Shown here piece by piece: positions 40,292-53,875 of a stretch of 64,000 bases of DNA. The notes beneath the pieces are model-generated. The model ran no database searches, had not been told where the DNA came from, and worked only from the letters and a program-made list of their open reading frames with translations. The position numbers and the translations under genes were made by a program. This stretch comes from Lingula anatina (Eukaryota; Animalia; Brachiopoda), in NCBI GenBank assembly GCA_051362555.1, contig CM120641.1, positions 16,120,001-16,184,000 on the forward strand, read 5' to 3'. Every line of letters starts with the position of its first letter. Position 1 is the stretch's first letter.

Positions 40292-42777
40292 AATTGTACC
40301 ACCAGCGTAAGCGCTGGCGGTACACATGGTTTCGGTCCCGTCCGGATCGTTCCGCCGGCTCCGCCGGCTCCGCCGGCTCCGTTGGCTCCGCCGGACGGCT
40401 ACCGTTACCGCTTCTCCTCCTAGACGGTAAGGGCCCCCGTACCCATCTCATGGATTTAGGTCACCTATAATCTCAACTCGTTCCACGTAAAATTTGGGCT
40501 TTGTCGGTATTGGGGTCTGGGTGTGGCACTCATTGCAATGCACCCTTGTCTAAAAATGGCAAAATTAAATGCTAATTATCTACCCTACGGAAGGAGTTAT
40601 GGGAAAAATTTCTATAGACGGCTTTCCAAAAGTCATATGTGTAGATTTCAAATATACCCTTGGATTTGACCTTTGACCTTTACTTCAAGGTCAAATGGGC
40701 CAAAATTTTCAAAAAAATGAAATTTTTTACGAAAAAAATTTTTTTTGCCCTGTTATTCAGACACCACACAGACTTAACCAATAATATTATTGGAAGGTGT
40801 TACCCTTCAGGTCATCTTTCATCTCCATGAATTTGGGGTCAATCGGTGCATTTTCACGGGAGTAGCGGCCATAAGATACCGAAACTGAAAACTGTCTGTA
40901 ATTCGGGAACCGTTAATGCTAGAGACCCATTCTTTTTTGCATTTTGTAGAGCATGTAAAGCCCAACACTGGAGGTGGTCTCGGTTTTTTTGTATTCCATA
41001 CGGTTTTCGAGTTACGCTGTATCAAAAAGTACATATTGGTGGTAAAAGCAAAATGTGCAGTACGGTAATGGATAATAAATTTTGAACTCTGGAAAAATAA
41101 AACATAAGGCTTGGCAAAGCAGACAACTTGTGTTCAAAAATGACATTATTTCATCAAATTTGAACTTCTGAAACTTCAGAGCACCTCCTATTTCAAGAAT
41201 TTTGACCAAAATGACATTTTCTTTATTTTAATTAATTTTTTCTGTACGAAATTTAAGGCACATTATGGTAACTCCAAAATTATAACATTTAGTCCCTTAT
41301 ATCTCCAAAACTGGCAGAGATAGGTCCATAGTTACTATTGAAGTTGAATAGGAAGTCATATACTGGCAATCTTACTATGACCTTGAAAGTGACCTTTGAC
41401 CTACTTTTCACCATGAACTGAACTTTTCAAATTTTTTTTCCCTTTTATCTCCAAAACTGGCAGAGATAGGTCCATAGTTACTATTGAAGTTGAATAGGAA
41501 GTCATATACTGGCAATCTTACTATGACCTTGAAAGTGACCTTTGACCTACTTTTCACCATGAACTGAACTTTGCAAATTTTTCTTCCCTTTTATCTCCAA
41601 AACTGGCAGAGATAGGTCCGTAGTTACTATTGAACTTGAATAGGAAGTCATATACTGGCAATCTAAATGTGACCTCAAAATTGACCTTTGACCTACTTTT
41701 CACCATGAACTGAACTTTGCAAATTTTGCTTCCCTTTTATCTCCAAAACTGGCAGAGATAGGTCCATAGTTACTACTGAACTTGAATAGGAAGTTATATA
41801 CTGGCCATCTAAATGTGACCTTGAAATTGACCTTTGACCTACTTTTCACCATGAACTGAATTTTGCAAATTTTGCTTCCCTTTTATCTCCAAAACTGGCT
41901 GAGATAGGTCCATAGTTACTATTGAACTTGAATAGGAAGTCATATACTGGCAATCTAAATGTGACCTTGAAATTGACCTTTGACCTACTTTTCACCATGA
42001 ACTGAACTTTGCAAATTTTGCTTTCCTTTTATCTCCAAAACTGGCAGAGATAGGTCCATAGTTACTATTGAACTTGAAAAGGAAGTCATATACTGGCAAT
42101 CTAAATGTGACCTTAAAATTGACCTTTGACCTACTTAACACCATAAACTGAATTTTGCAAATTTTGCTTTCCTTGTATCTCCAAAACTGGCTGAGATAGG
42201 TCCGTAGTTACTATTGAACTTGAATAGGAAGTCATATACTGGCATTATAAATGTGACATTAAAATTGACCTTTGTCCTACTTTTCACCATAAACTGAACT
42301 TTGCAAATTTTGCTTCCCTTTTATCTCCAAAACTGGCAGAGATAGGTCCATAGTTACTATTGAACTTGAATAGAAAGTCATATACTGGCAATCTAAATGT
42401 GACCTTGAAATTGACCTTTGACCTACTTTTTATCATGAACTGAACTCTGCTAATTTCTTTCTCTTTTAACTTCAAACTTGACAGAGATAGGTCCATAGTT
42501 ACTCTTGAACTTGAATAGAAAGTCATATACTGGCAATTTACTGTGACCTTGAAATTGACCCTTGACCTACCTTACGAAGAACTTAAATTTGATTGTACCA
42601 TATATATTTTTTGCAATAGTTTAAAAATTCTTGTTGATTGCATTTTTACAGCTTGTCAAGCACAAAACTGGTGGCTGTGTCCCTTATTTTGTGTATGTGG
42701 GGGTCTATACGAATGCGCTTGCTCCAGCTGGTGGTACAATATTCGGAGGCGGTATCGCCTCTCTGATCCTCTAGTTT
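40292..42777 (+). mobile_element. Non-autonomous Helentron/HINE-like element with an internal satellite array
   Basis: 5' hairpin TGTACCACCAGCG-TAAG-CGCTGGCGGTACA, then a (CCGCCGGCT)n tract, an internal tandem array, 3' subTIR GCTGGTGGTACAAT (42727-42740), 3' hairpin GGAGGCGGTATCGCCTCT and a CTAGTT end. Confidence 0.8.
41297..42571. repeat. 146-bp tandem satellite, ~9 copies
   Basis: ATCTCCAAAACTGGC recurs at 41301, 41447, 41593, 41739, 41885, 42031, 42177 and 42323, with a degenerate copy near 42469. Each unit contains TGACCTTGAAA(G/T)TGACCTTTGACCT or a close variant. Confidence 0.95.
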
Positions 42778-45525
42778 AGAAAATAATGTGTTATTGGATA
42801 CTTTTGCATATTTTGTATACTTAATGTGTATGACAGAAAATAATTTTGTTTATAATAAAATGATAAGTAATGATTCAGAATACTTCTGGGCATTAAGAAT
42901 CCTTTTAGTGCTGCACTGAGATTTAAGTACTTAAAATGTTGAACATGCTGTAAGTTTTTTATCCTCAGATTCCATATGATATTGCTGAATAGTTAAAAAT
43001 GATTTTTCTTTTCATATCACCACAATTTGGGCAAAAATGTAGCAACTGTAGTTCAAAGCAGGTATTAATTTTATGAATTACTTCAGCATAGGTACTCCAT
43101 TGAAGTGAGACCTGTCATAATTTAAACTAGAAGGCTCAAATTTTACCTTGGAAGTTGTACTTATAACACATACTTTTGTCATTATAATGCTTTTTCTATT
43201 TGTTGAACACTGAGGTACATTTGCTATTTTACTAGTGATTGACATTTCAGCTGCTTTTATGAGTTTCACTGCTTCATTTTTCTAAGTGATTTAAGTAAAT
43301 TACTTTATTGTATGCTGCATTCTATGCAAAGTAAAATTTAATTTTAATGCCAACTAAAACAAGTTTTGTTTTTATTTATAGTAAAGAACAAGTTTGAAAT
43401 GTTATATTTACTTTCAATGAATAACAAATGCAATACTTAATAACAAAATTTTCCTTAATAATTTATTACTTGAGCTTTTATCCACTTATACTAATAAAAA
43501 GGAAAGAAAATAATTTAATATTTTTTCTATTGAGCTGCCCTTAAATAAAAAGATAAATTCACTGTACAACTGACCTTTCGATAACAATGAATTGAAGGCC
43601 TATTCTTGACATATCAAGAAAATATTCTATTCAAGAAGTCTTCCTTCAAAAGCACCTTTTACCTTAACACATTTTATGTTCAATTCCTAATTATTTTAAA
43701 CTATTTGATAACCCATTACTTGACAATTTACATCAGAATCTGTATATATGGAGGTTTAAATTACTTTGTTAACCATTATTTTGGTAAAAAGATATTGTTG
43801 TATAACTTGGAATATATCTATAATAAATACTTGAAAGAATTAGCAAACTTCAGGTCAATATTCAAGTAAAGCATCTTTCTGTATGCAGACTGCAGACTGA
43901 TGTAAAATGAAGTTAGAATATTTCTCACGGAACTGATGCAAGGAGTATACAAAAAGGTTCATAAGCAAAAATATAAATAAAGTCACTTGTTCTCCTCACT
44001 GCTAAGGCTGAAATACAGCTGGACAGGATACTGGGGTCACTATAACACAAAACTGGGCCTGATCCTGGAAACTGGCAGTGCTCATCATTAAAACAAAATT
44101 TCAAATGTCACCAAATTACCCAGTATAAGGACAAGCAAATAGGTGTTTCTTATATTTCTCTTCGTTAAATAACGCTAAGCCTGTGCAGCAGCTTCAATAT
44201 TCCTGCAGGCTTTTTGAAAATGCTGAATCTACTTCAGTAAGATAAACATTTGAAAACATGAATATCATCAGACCACAGTTCATTATGCTCATTGATTAGT
44301 GGACCACTTACAGTATGTTGCTAAGTAACTTCTGACTGCTCTATGTAAATGTAATGTTACTGCCAAGTACAGCAAATGTGGTGAATATTTCTGCCCTGAG
44401 CTTCATATTTTGATGCCAACTGCCATTTTAATGGCTTATTGGACATCAACTTTTAGAAAACCCTCATTCATGCACCGACCATAAACTATAATTCTGTTTT
44501 GAGGATGGTAGAGTTCCAATTATTTAAAGAAATGGTCAAACCACCCTGAATCTCAGTGGAATGTTCCAAGGGTAGTTTCTACCATAATAAGTTTGTATAC
44601 AAAGAGTTTAATATGCTATAAGAAAATCCATCAAATATTTGGATAAGTTCTTTCAAGAAATTATGTCACCTAATATGAATTATGAAGGATCTAGAGTGAA
44701 TTTATTGTGGTGCAATTAAAAAATCGTAAGCTTTAGGGTTCATGCCTATTAAAATCTCAGGGTAAAATATTTCACATCTTGCAGAACTGTCTGAAATTAC
44801 TGCTTAGTAGTACTTATGCATACTTTTTAGACTACCATAGTGACACATAACTGTGCAATCTGTACACATAACATATTCAGCCTGTCCAACATTTAATTTT
44901 TTACATTAAATCTTTGAAAATGTACTATAAGCATCTGTTTTGCTTAATCTGAGAATAGTTCTCATCCTAGCAGCCACTGACACAAGAACTTTTGAAGACT
45001 TCCAGTGGAGTACACAATGTTCTGAAGAGCACCTTGTACAGCTAAAGAACTGCATCCTCCAAATGTGCCTTGTGTTATTTTGGCATTAATAAAGTATTGG
45101 GTAGATGCTTTCACACCTACCAATAAGTTTTGCCTGCTCTTCAAAACCATTTAAAACCATTTAAATCCATATCGACATTTATAAGAGTGTTGAGTAGGTA
45201 CTTTCTCTACTAATAATGTTTTTCCATTCATCTTCAAAGTCACTGGCAGGCACTTAAGTATTTATCAGTGATTTTTGCCTGAAATATAACTGTGAAGACA
45301 GGCATTTTCACATTTATCTCTGCCTGTTCTTTAACTATAAGAAAGGCATTTTTACAATTATCAATGCTTTCTGCCTGCTATTAGACCCTACAGACAGGTA
45401 TTTTCATATTAATAGATGTCAGCAATCAGCAATTTTCACAATAATGTGTGACTTCACATTCATAACTTATGTCTGCTGCCCATTCTTTCATGATTGTTTT
45501 ATTGTTCCACACATAATGACAGCTG

Positions 45526-48500
45526 TTACGTTTTAAATCTCTTTGATGATGATGATGATGATGTGGGAGATGATGAAGATGATGATGATGATGGTCCTGG
45601 TTCTTCTGTACTGCTTGATGCTGCGTCTTCTTGACTCAAATCTGCCCATCTACGTTTCATACCTCGACAGCTACTCCGTTTGCTCCTTGGAGCCTCTGCT
45701 GCCTCACAAGGCCTCATTAACCAGTCCAAGTTATTAAATAAGAATCCCCTAAGTCCAGGAGGCATGTCAATGGCCTCGGCAACATTCAAATTTGGTGGAA
45801 TACATGATCTTAGCACTTGGCAGCACTGAAACTGTAGAGAAGTCCTAAAGGATCTGCACCTTATTATCTTCATCCCACTCCTAGCTGCTGTGGATGACAC
45901 CATAGGATACAGGGCCTTGCCATTCAAACCATGATGAGCTGTTCCTGAAGTAGGTGTAAGATAGCAATAACCTTTGAACTACAGATCAGTTTTGACCATC
46001 CACAAGCAAAGGCAAGAGGCATTGGTATCATTAATATATTTTCTTTCTTTGTATATACTTGTAGATGTTTTTACTTTTATGCTAAAATATACTTGGCTGG
46101 AACACCTCTAGCATGCCTAGAATGTATAAATAAATCTATGCCACTCGCAAAATTCAGCATGTAAGCTTATTTATTGATTTCTAAAAATAATGCATCATAC
46201 CTAATACAAAATATTTCCTTCTTTCAGGGCAAATATGCTAAATGAAAACAGCATTTGTTAATAAATTACAGCGGAAAGTTTACCTAACAGTTTCCTATTT
46301 TTATAAAAAGTCAGGGTTCCTCTCCACATGTCCAAATGTACCCCTATAATTGAGCCCTGTGTGAACCTCCCAGCAAACTTCTTAGCTTCTCCCTTGTGGT
46401 GTACCAGGCCCGTGTAGGACAAGCCCCAGCTGTCTGCGTCCTTGCCAAGAAAACTGCAGAAATTGTGTCTGTATTTGTCAAGGTTCAGCTGTGATGTGCC
46501 CACTCCAACCATCTAGTAAAAGAAATCAAAATTTATATACATGATTTTGTTTTACAAAATTTGACACACATACAAAGGAAAGATTCTAGATTATTCTGAC
46601 CTAAAACTGATTTAACACATTACAGACTTCCACATTTCAATCCTTCTTCCCCAGAGGCTGACTATTATCTAAGTGTACACTTGCAAATCTTACCATGTCT
46701 GTACCATAAACTGGCGTGACCATTTTAATCTCCCAGTAGTACTGGTGATCCTTCATGGGTTGTGTTCCCCTAGCAACAGCAGTTCCACAGCTGTAATCCG
46801 GATGGAACTTGACATAGCGCCGGTCAGGGCCTATTACTGTAGCTGCAGACTTGGCATTGTTGTCCCATACCCACTCAAACTCTGCAACTGAAACATGTTG
46901 ATATGAGCTACTGAAACCAGCAACAAAGTTCAATGCAGGGGAGACAAAGGATCCTGAATCACACAAAAACTCCAAAAAAAAAAAAAAAATTTTTTTTAGG
47001 TTCTTGCATTGGGTGTCTACAGGGCCATGGTAAAAACCTGACAAATATATGATGATATTCAGGCATTAAGCATCACTTTCAAAATGGGAAGTTAATAAGA
47101 TGGTTCACATGTGTTAGACAAAACAATACCTTCCAACCTGTTTTCGATAATATTAGCATAGGTCACCACTTTGGAGTGCACCTGCATGCTACGGTAAAGT
47201 GCCATGAATTTCGAACGGCTCTTGAATTTCGAACGATCTTAAAATCGGCCGTCTGGAGTTTTTTCTGGACCATGAATTTCGGCCAGTAAGCAATTTTGTG
47301 CGATCTTGATTTCGTGAATTTCGTATACCTTAAAATCGGCCACCGGGCTATTCTCACGCTTATAAAGATCTAACAGTCGGCAATATTGACCTAGCGTACC
47401 TTTACCTGAGCACTACGTGTGCGGCCCAAGGTGCAAGATAACGATCGGTACAGTTAGTTTAGGACGCTAAACAACATCGTCATATTCATTCATTCAGATA
47501 ACAGGAGAATCTATTAAGAGTTGTACTGTCGGGCTGTTGTTTCTTTACCGCAGTATTCGGTGTGAGATAGCGATCGGTAGTTTTGCTGAGGCGCACAATA
47601 GCATTGTTAACAGTAGAGACTTCAGTAACAGACCAAAAGAGCAATATTAAGAGCTGCAAAAAAGATTACCATTATTGCTTTCTTGTCTCGCTCAGATCGT
47701 TCACGATCTCCCGCTGACGATCTTCCGCTAATGAAGTCACTTGAAATGTACAAATGAAATGAAAAATATTTTTAAAAATTATAAATTCCAATGGGGAGGG
47801 ATGGAGGGTTAAAAACAATCGAGAACGATCTCCGGCTGACGATCTTCCGCAAACGAAAGCCACTGAACGAGTATGAGCTTTCTCGTTTCACTCGGATTGC
47901 GACGCTGACGATACGAAAATTGCGTTCTCGTCTCACCCTTTAGCTTACGAAGTCTCTTTAACAAATATGAAAATTGCCTCCTGGTCTCTCTCGGATTGCG
48001 AACGATCTCTCGCTGAAAATTTGAAATTTTCCTTTTTGTCAATCAGCTTTGTCAGTTGCCGTGCGTATGAAGGTCCGGCAGGTGTCCCCTTTCACAAATT
48101 GGCCTGTAGTTTGCTTAGTGTTTTGTACCGCATGAAGGTCACTCTTGTCACTGCTGCATACGGCGTGGAATGTGTATCTTAAAGTTCGTAGCATTTTATT
48201 GTGTTTTGTAAGCTTTAGGAAGTAGTTTCGTCGTGACTGAATATCAGCGTACACTACAAAGTAGTACCATTCATCTGTGACGCATCATAAAAGCTAGGTA
48301 CGTCAAATTACTCTAAGAAAATTTCTTACAACGTCCACGGCTGTCCCGACAAGCCAAGACGTCATTAAAAAAAAAGTCGCAAGCCGTCTAGCCGTCTTTG
48401 AAAATATAGGCCGTCCGGTGATGTCAGCGGCGTGTCAAAATTCTTTGAAACTTTGCAGGAAAAATCAATCTTCCTTTGTTTCTCTGGCTCCTTGTTTAGC

Positions 48501-51330
48501 CCTATGATCAGATTTATCTAGTGCCCCCAGGTCTGCTGGAGCAGCTCTTTGAAAATAACACACAGGTAGATTTTTATCTGAGATAAATATCGCGTTCGAT
48601 ACACTCAAGACAAAAGCTACCTGTGAGCTGAAGGTAAAGCAAGTTCCAGCTAGATGGACGATTAAGATCGGACTTCAGATGATAAGGAGTATTGTTTACC
48701 TCAGTTCTGTGAAAGCAAACGAGAAGGGTGTCAGAACAATGGTGCATATATAAATTATACAGAGAATTTGTACATTCAGGTGACGTTAACTTATAATCGA
48801 AGGGGATTTTCGATAATATTCCTTAAAAAGTACACTAGATTTATAGAGAATAATATCATGGTTGGCCAAAAAATTATATACGCACAGTGTATCCGTGCGT
48901 ATGCCTGGTTACGCCCCTGTCGCAAACCAGCAAACCATATCCTGCTGACTACATGAAAATTGCCTTCTAGCATGGACAAAAAGTCCAAGCTTCTATGCTT
49001 GCTCGGATCGCTGACGATCTCTTGCTGACGAATATAGTAACGAAGTCCCTTGAACTAGTGTGGAAATTGGCTTATTGTCGCGCTCAGATCGCTCACTATC
49101 TCCCATTGACGATCTTCCAGTCCCTTGAACGAATATAAAAACTGCCTTTTCGGTTTACTCTAGATTACCTATCTCTCGCGTTTGTTTGAAAATGGTTTCA
49201 ATGACAAAACGTACACGCTTTTCAAATGCGTACATTGACGCAACTATGCGCCAGGAAATCAGTTGCTGCTGCTGATTAAGATTGGGTTGCCTGAGCGAAA
49301 AAAAAAAAAAAAAAAAAAAACGGCCCTGCACCCCCCCCCCCAACCCCCAAACCTAGTATATTTGATCGAAGACAACAATCAGCGGTCATCTTGGTCGCAG
49401 CGCACGACGGAGAGAGACCGTAATACACAGTTCGGCTGCCGTGGCGAAGGCTACCTGTGCGCCGCACATACCGATCTGCGGTCGTAGTGGCCTCCCCGCA
49501 CGGAGGAGAGGCCGTAGTGCCGAGGCCGGCTTCTGCAGGGAAGGCTATGTATGCGTCGGAGACACCGACCCGCGAACGGCGAGATGAGGACGCATTCGCG
49601 CGTAAAGCTCCGCCCGACTTTAACGGTAAAGGCAACGAACCTGGTCGCGGAAGACACTTATAAATCGCAGATGAAGGCTACCTGCACGTGCGCCATAGAC
49701 ACTGATCGGCTGTCGTCTCGGTTTCAGTGCACGGAAAGGAGCACCGGTAACACTCAGCTTCCATAGTAAAGGTTATCTGGCCGTGGCAGACGCTAATCGT
49801 CGGCCGTCTCTCCCTCCGTCCACTCCCGTTCTGAGCGCCAGGATCGTTTTTGAAAAACGACACTAGTTTCTGGCTGCCAGAATCGCTTTTGAAAAACGAT
49901 GCTACTGATAACGATGCTGTTTTGCGGCCCTAGACAACAGTACCGCTCTATCTATGGACCATACACAGTGATCGGGTGAAAGTACGTGTATACCTTTGGT
50001 CGCAATTACCGACACTCACACATCATACATTATGGTAACTCTAAATAGATCGTCGGGAGAAGATAACAGAAGGCCTAGCGACGAACAGACAACTTCCGGT
50101 CAAAATTGACAGAATTCCATGAATTTCGAACTTTCAGAAGTTCTGAGCACCTCCATTTCATGAATTTCGGCCAGAACGATCTTTTCCCAAATTTAATTAT
50201 TTTCTACTGTTCGAAATTCATGGCACATTACCGTATCTTTAAAATGCTGTTTTCTTCACACTGAAGAAACTTCATTTTTTCTTGAAAAACAATGCATCAA
50301 TAAAAATAAAACAATAACCACAGTTAGAATGTATCATGCAAACAGTATATCTACCAGTATCATCTTCTCCACATTTGCATTCCAAATCTCTGCCAAACTT
50401 GTAACAGTTACAGAAAGCTTCGCCAACAGAGCCTGGTCTCATCATGACTTCATGGAAAGTTATGGGATGGGAATCCACTTCCTCTTCAGAGTCACTTGAA
50501 TGCACTAGCAATTCAACTGAATTCAATAGTAAAGAGCAGACTGAAGCAAAATAATGTTATCTGTATGCAGAATGTGAAATACATAATACATAGCTCAAAA
50601 TATATTGCACAAAGTTTAATGTGTTAGCACTCCCATATACAAGAAGAGCCACTAGCATTGAGTGGCCAACTTGGCAGACAACTCGTTTATAATCAAATTG
50701 TGCCAATTTGTTTATTTGATCCAACTATGTGTGTGTGTGTATGTGTGCGTGTGCATGCATTGTGCTGTATTGTGCATTAAATATGACCCGGCCAGTACTT
50801 TTCAATGCTACATGTATTTTCTAAAGTGGCTTCATAATCTTAACATTCAGTTTGAAGACCAATATTGACACAGACAGTTCCATACACTCATTTACATTAT
50901 ATGGTCATCTCAAGGAGCATACCCAGGGTTAGGCCAAGATCCTCACCAAAGCCAAACCCTCGGATATATGACAAGTATGGTATTACGTCAGAGGAGAAGC
51001 TAAATGCATGATCCATGCAGTGCCTCAAAACCCTTGGGTATCCTTTACGTTACAGCTAGTATCTTCAAAATGAAATAATTGACCTTGTAATTCTGAATAT
51101 TTATGGGAACCACAGGAACAATTTAAAGCGGGTTATCAACTGAAGGCGTTAAAGGGTGTTTGTAATTTTAACCCAACCCCTTTTCGAGGATGCGTGAAGA
51201 TCCTAAGAGGTGAACAGATTTCTGAATTCATCTCACCTCTCCTTGATTCTAGTTCGTCTCTACCTGCTCGTGTCAAACTAGTTATATATTCAAAGCTTGA
51301 ACTCGGTCGTTCTGTCTCCTCTTCTGACAT
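45526..51330 (-). CDS. SPSB3: SPRY domain-containing SOCS box protein 3. Exons 51330-51264, 50540-50355, 46881-46694, 46512-46284, 45944-45526
   Basis: GEAFCNC...CKCGEDD|EFEWVWD...[11 protein letters not shown]...[15 protein letters not shown]|MVGVGT...[18 protein letters not shown]...GSIIGVHLD...[11 protein letters not shown] and the SOCS box [12 protein letters not shown]...PPGLR are colinear with SPSB3. Phases are consistent; the first coding exon is less certain. Confidence 0.93.
47192..50233. mobile_element. 3.04-kb non-autonomous DNA transposon with TA target duplication (Tc1/mariner-superfamily-like) in an SPSB3 intron
   Basis: TIRs CGGTAAAGTGCCATGAATTTCGAAC / GTTCGAAATTCATGGCACATTACCG, TA on both sides (47190-47191, 50234-50235), subterminal GAATTTCG repeats and internal GCTGACGATCTTCC repeats. 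No recognisable transposase. Confidence 0.9.
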
Positions 51331-51810
51331 TTTACATCAAATTGGGGTGGGCAAATTAGTTATTATGACCATTGTAACAATGTTTTCCTCTCGTGCCATT
51401 AGACTGTAAATGTTTATCCTATTTCCGGTATGTGAGCCGCTTACAACATTAAAATAAAAAATTAAAAGACAAAACCAGAAAGGCTAATTTGTTTTTATCA
51501 CAAACTTTACTGTAATTATCTAGTTGTTTAATATATTATGGGAGGAAATGTGTATAGAAATATGTCTTTATAGGTGCACAATTTTTTGTCATTAAGCGAC
51601 TCAAAGCTGTGCTGTGGCATTGTCACATGATAATAGCGTTGCACAAGCTTATTCATTACCACAAGTGAAAAAAGATGAACCTATAGGTCAACTGAACAAT
51701 ATGAGCCTGTGGAACCATTATATATTCATAAGTTCGGATTTTCATCACTTATAGCGGGTGAGTCCAGAGTTTTATGAGTGTCAGGTAACAATTAGTGTCA
51801 GGTACAGTAG
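51331..51810. promoter_or_regulatory. Probable divergent promoter region SPSB3 / ABCA3-like
   Basis: SPSB3 ATG at 51330, ETS-like TTCCGG at 51423, and a cluster of plus-strand donor-like sites (~51757, 51784, 51801) that could end an ABCA3 non-coding first exon splicing to the acceptor at 53848/53849. Confidence 0.4.
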
Positions 51811-53536
51811 TGTACAGTTGTATAACATTAAATTGCCTGCACAGTACTGTACAACTTTCGTTTTAGCATAAGTAGTAACTCTAACAGTATGATTGTCAGA
51901 TAGTTGAGTTAACAGATAGCTAGTAGGGTATGTACTGCACATGTAATTCATCATGTCCATGTAGATCGTATATACTAGTACATGTACACTGTACTAAGTA
52001 CATGTAGTTGCAGGACTGTTGATTTGCCTCAGTTTTCGGCCTCACAATTTTACTTGAAACAGCAAGTACCTAGCGTAAAAGGCTGATAACTGAGGCACAG
52101 GACTTTGTGGTATGCATTTTGAAGAATCTCAACATCTGTTGTAATATTAATTGAAATCACACTTAACATCTTAATTAGTCTGCAAGGCATTCCTTGATAT
52201 TGTTTCAAACCATTTCCATAATATTGCAGGTGTAATTTTTTGTTTTACAAAGGCTAAAATAATAGATATTAAACTCTTAACTGTTTTAACTGTGCCAAAT
52301 TTTCATTAGTCTTCAGTAAAAAGCATAAATAAACTCTTTGTCCTTGCAGAACAATATAATTTACCTTCTAAGCAATAGGAAGACCTCTGTGCCGGTAATA
52401 AGGCTAATTTAATCTTGACTTTTTAAAATTTACTCCATCATCTTCTGAGCAGTACTTACTAGTGCTCTCCTAGCTTTCCTTTGGTTTGTGTATAATTGTA
52501 AAAACCAAGGTCACAAGAAAGGATTGATGCATCAATTTAACTGTCCCTATTGGCTGGCCAACTCACAGCATTGATAGGAAAAAAGTTCCAGTCCACGTGT
52601 TCAAATCTTGACATGATAACAAGAAATATGTAATTAACAGATCCAAAAATAATTACTTTGTGACATTTGGGGTTTATAACACTCAATATTTTACACTGAA
52701 AAATGGAACAGCATGTTCATTTCTATAATATTTTCTGGCCAGACAGCTCATGGACTATATAAGTCTGTTTCAAATGAACTGTTCTGCAGTACTGAAAGAT
52801 CGTGAAGGTTGAAAACATTTTTACACAAATTTAGATGTAAATGTAGTGTCTGAGTGTTGCATGGTATTTTCAAGCCAACATGATTTCACACAATATTTGA
52901 AAATCCAAAGAGGAGGTTGAATGGCTTTCTCTTTTGTCCACATATTTATGTTTTCATGGATAAGGTGGATTGACTTTTCATTCTTTTTATATATATATAA
53001 AAATGATATTACTCTCTGTAAAGATTATAATCATACATGCATAATACTGGTATCTACTCTGTTTGCATTAAGAGCACGAGATACTGATAATGTTGAAATG
53101 ATCAGGTGATATAATGTCAGCAAGTGTATTCCATTGAACTTTACATCCTTGTGCTCATTGATGATAAAGTAAGACCAGTCTGGATTTTGACCTGAAGTGG
53201 TTATACAAACATTTTGTTCTAATCACATTCTTTCTAATCTAATCACATTATTTCATTTAAATCCTGTTAAGGCACAACACTAAACAAAAGAACATGAAAA
53301 GACTTTTACCTGATTATATAGTCATTGATTTATGATGACCTGGGCAGGACATTCTGTATTATCAAACTACTCTGATCTCAAGCTTTGTTGAGTGTGCTAT
53401 GAGGGGCTTATAGTCAATATTTTAGTGAATCTTGCTCACACGTCCTGCAGCATATTGTGTTTTTGTAAACTGTCATATGTCACCTGATTGCTGTTCACAT
53501 CTGAGACTGGGTTCCCATACCTTGATTGATCTAATA

Positions 53537-53685
53537 GGATTGATCCATCTCCAAGGGGTTTCTTGCTAAATTGCTTTCAGCTTAAGCAGCTTAGAAGTCT
53601 GGCAGCTTCAGCAGGTACGATAGACACCTAAGCTGCTTAAGTTGATTGCAATCTAGCAAGAATCACCTTGGAGATAGATCGATCC
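53537..53685. repeat. ~150-bp fold-back palindrome (MITE-like)
   Basis: GGATTGATCCATCTCCAAGG...TTCTTGCTA...CTTAAGCAGCTTAG pairs with CTAAGCTGCTTAAG...TAGCAAGAA...CCTTGGAGATAGATCGATCC. Confidence 0.8.
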
Positions 53686-53875
53686 ACATTTAGTGCAATA
53701 GGGTGCAAAAGTGTTACTGATAGTATTGGTCAAATTTAAATGCAATGAACCTCTTTGTATTATTTACTAATAATTATTGCTATTTTCCCATATGAAGGTA
53801 ATGAATATATGCTCTTAGATAATGATTTTTTTTAATTCCTCATTTTAGGTCACAAGCAGTTGATCAACAGTAAAT

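Noticed and set aside
41297-42571. CRISPR-like array
   Set aside because: Whole units repeat with no unique spacers, the context is eukaryotic and there are no cas genes.
49155-49863. Overlapping GC-rich ORFs inside the transposon
   Set aside because: No DDE, HTH or other recognisable motif. The ORFs reflect high GC and homopolymer runs.
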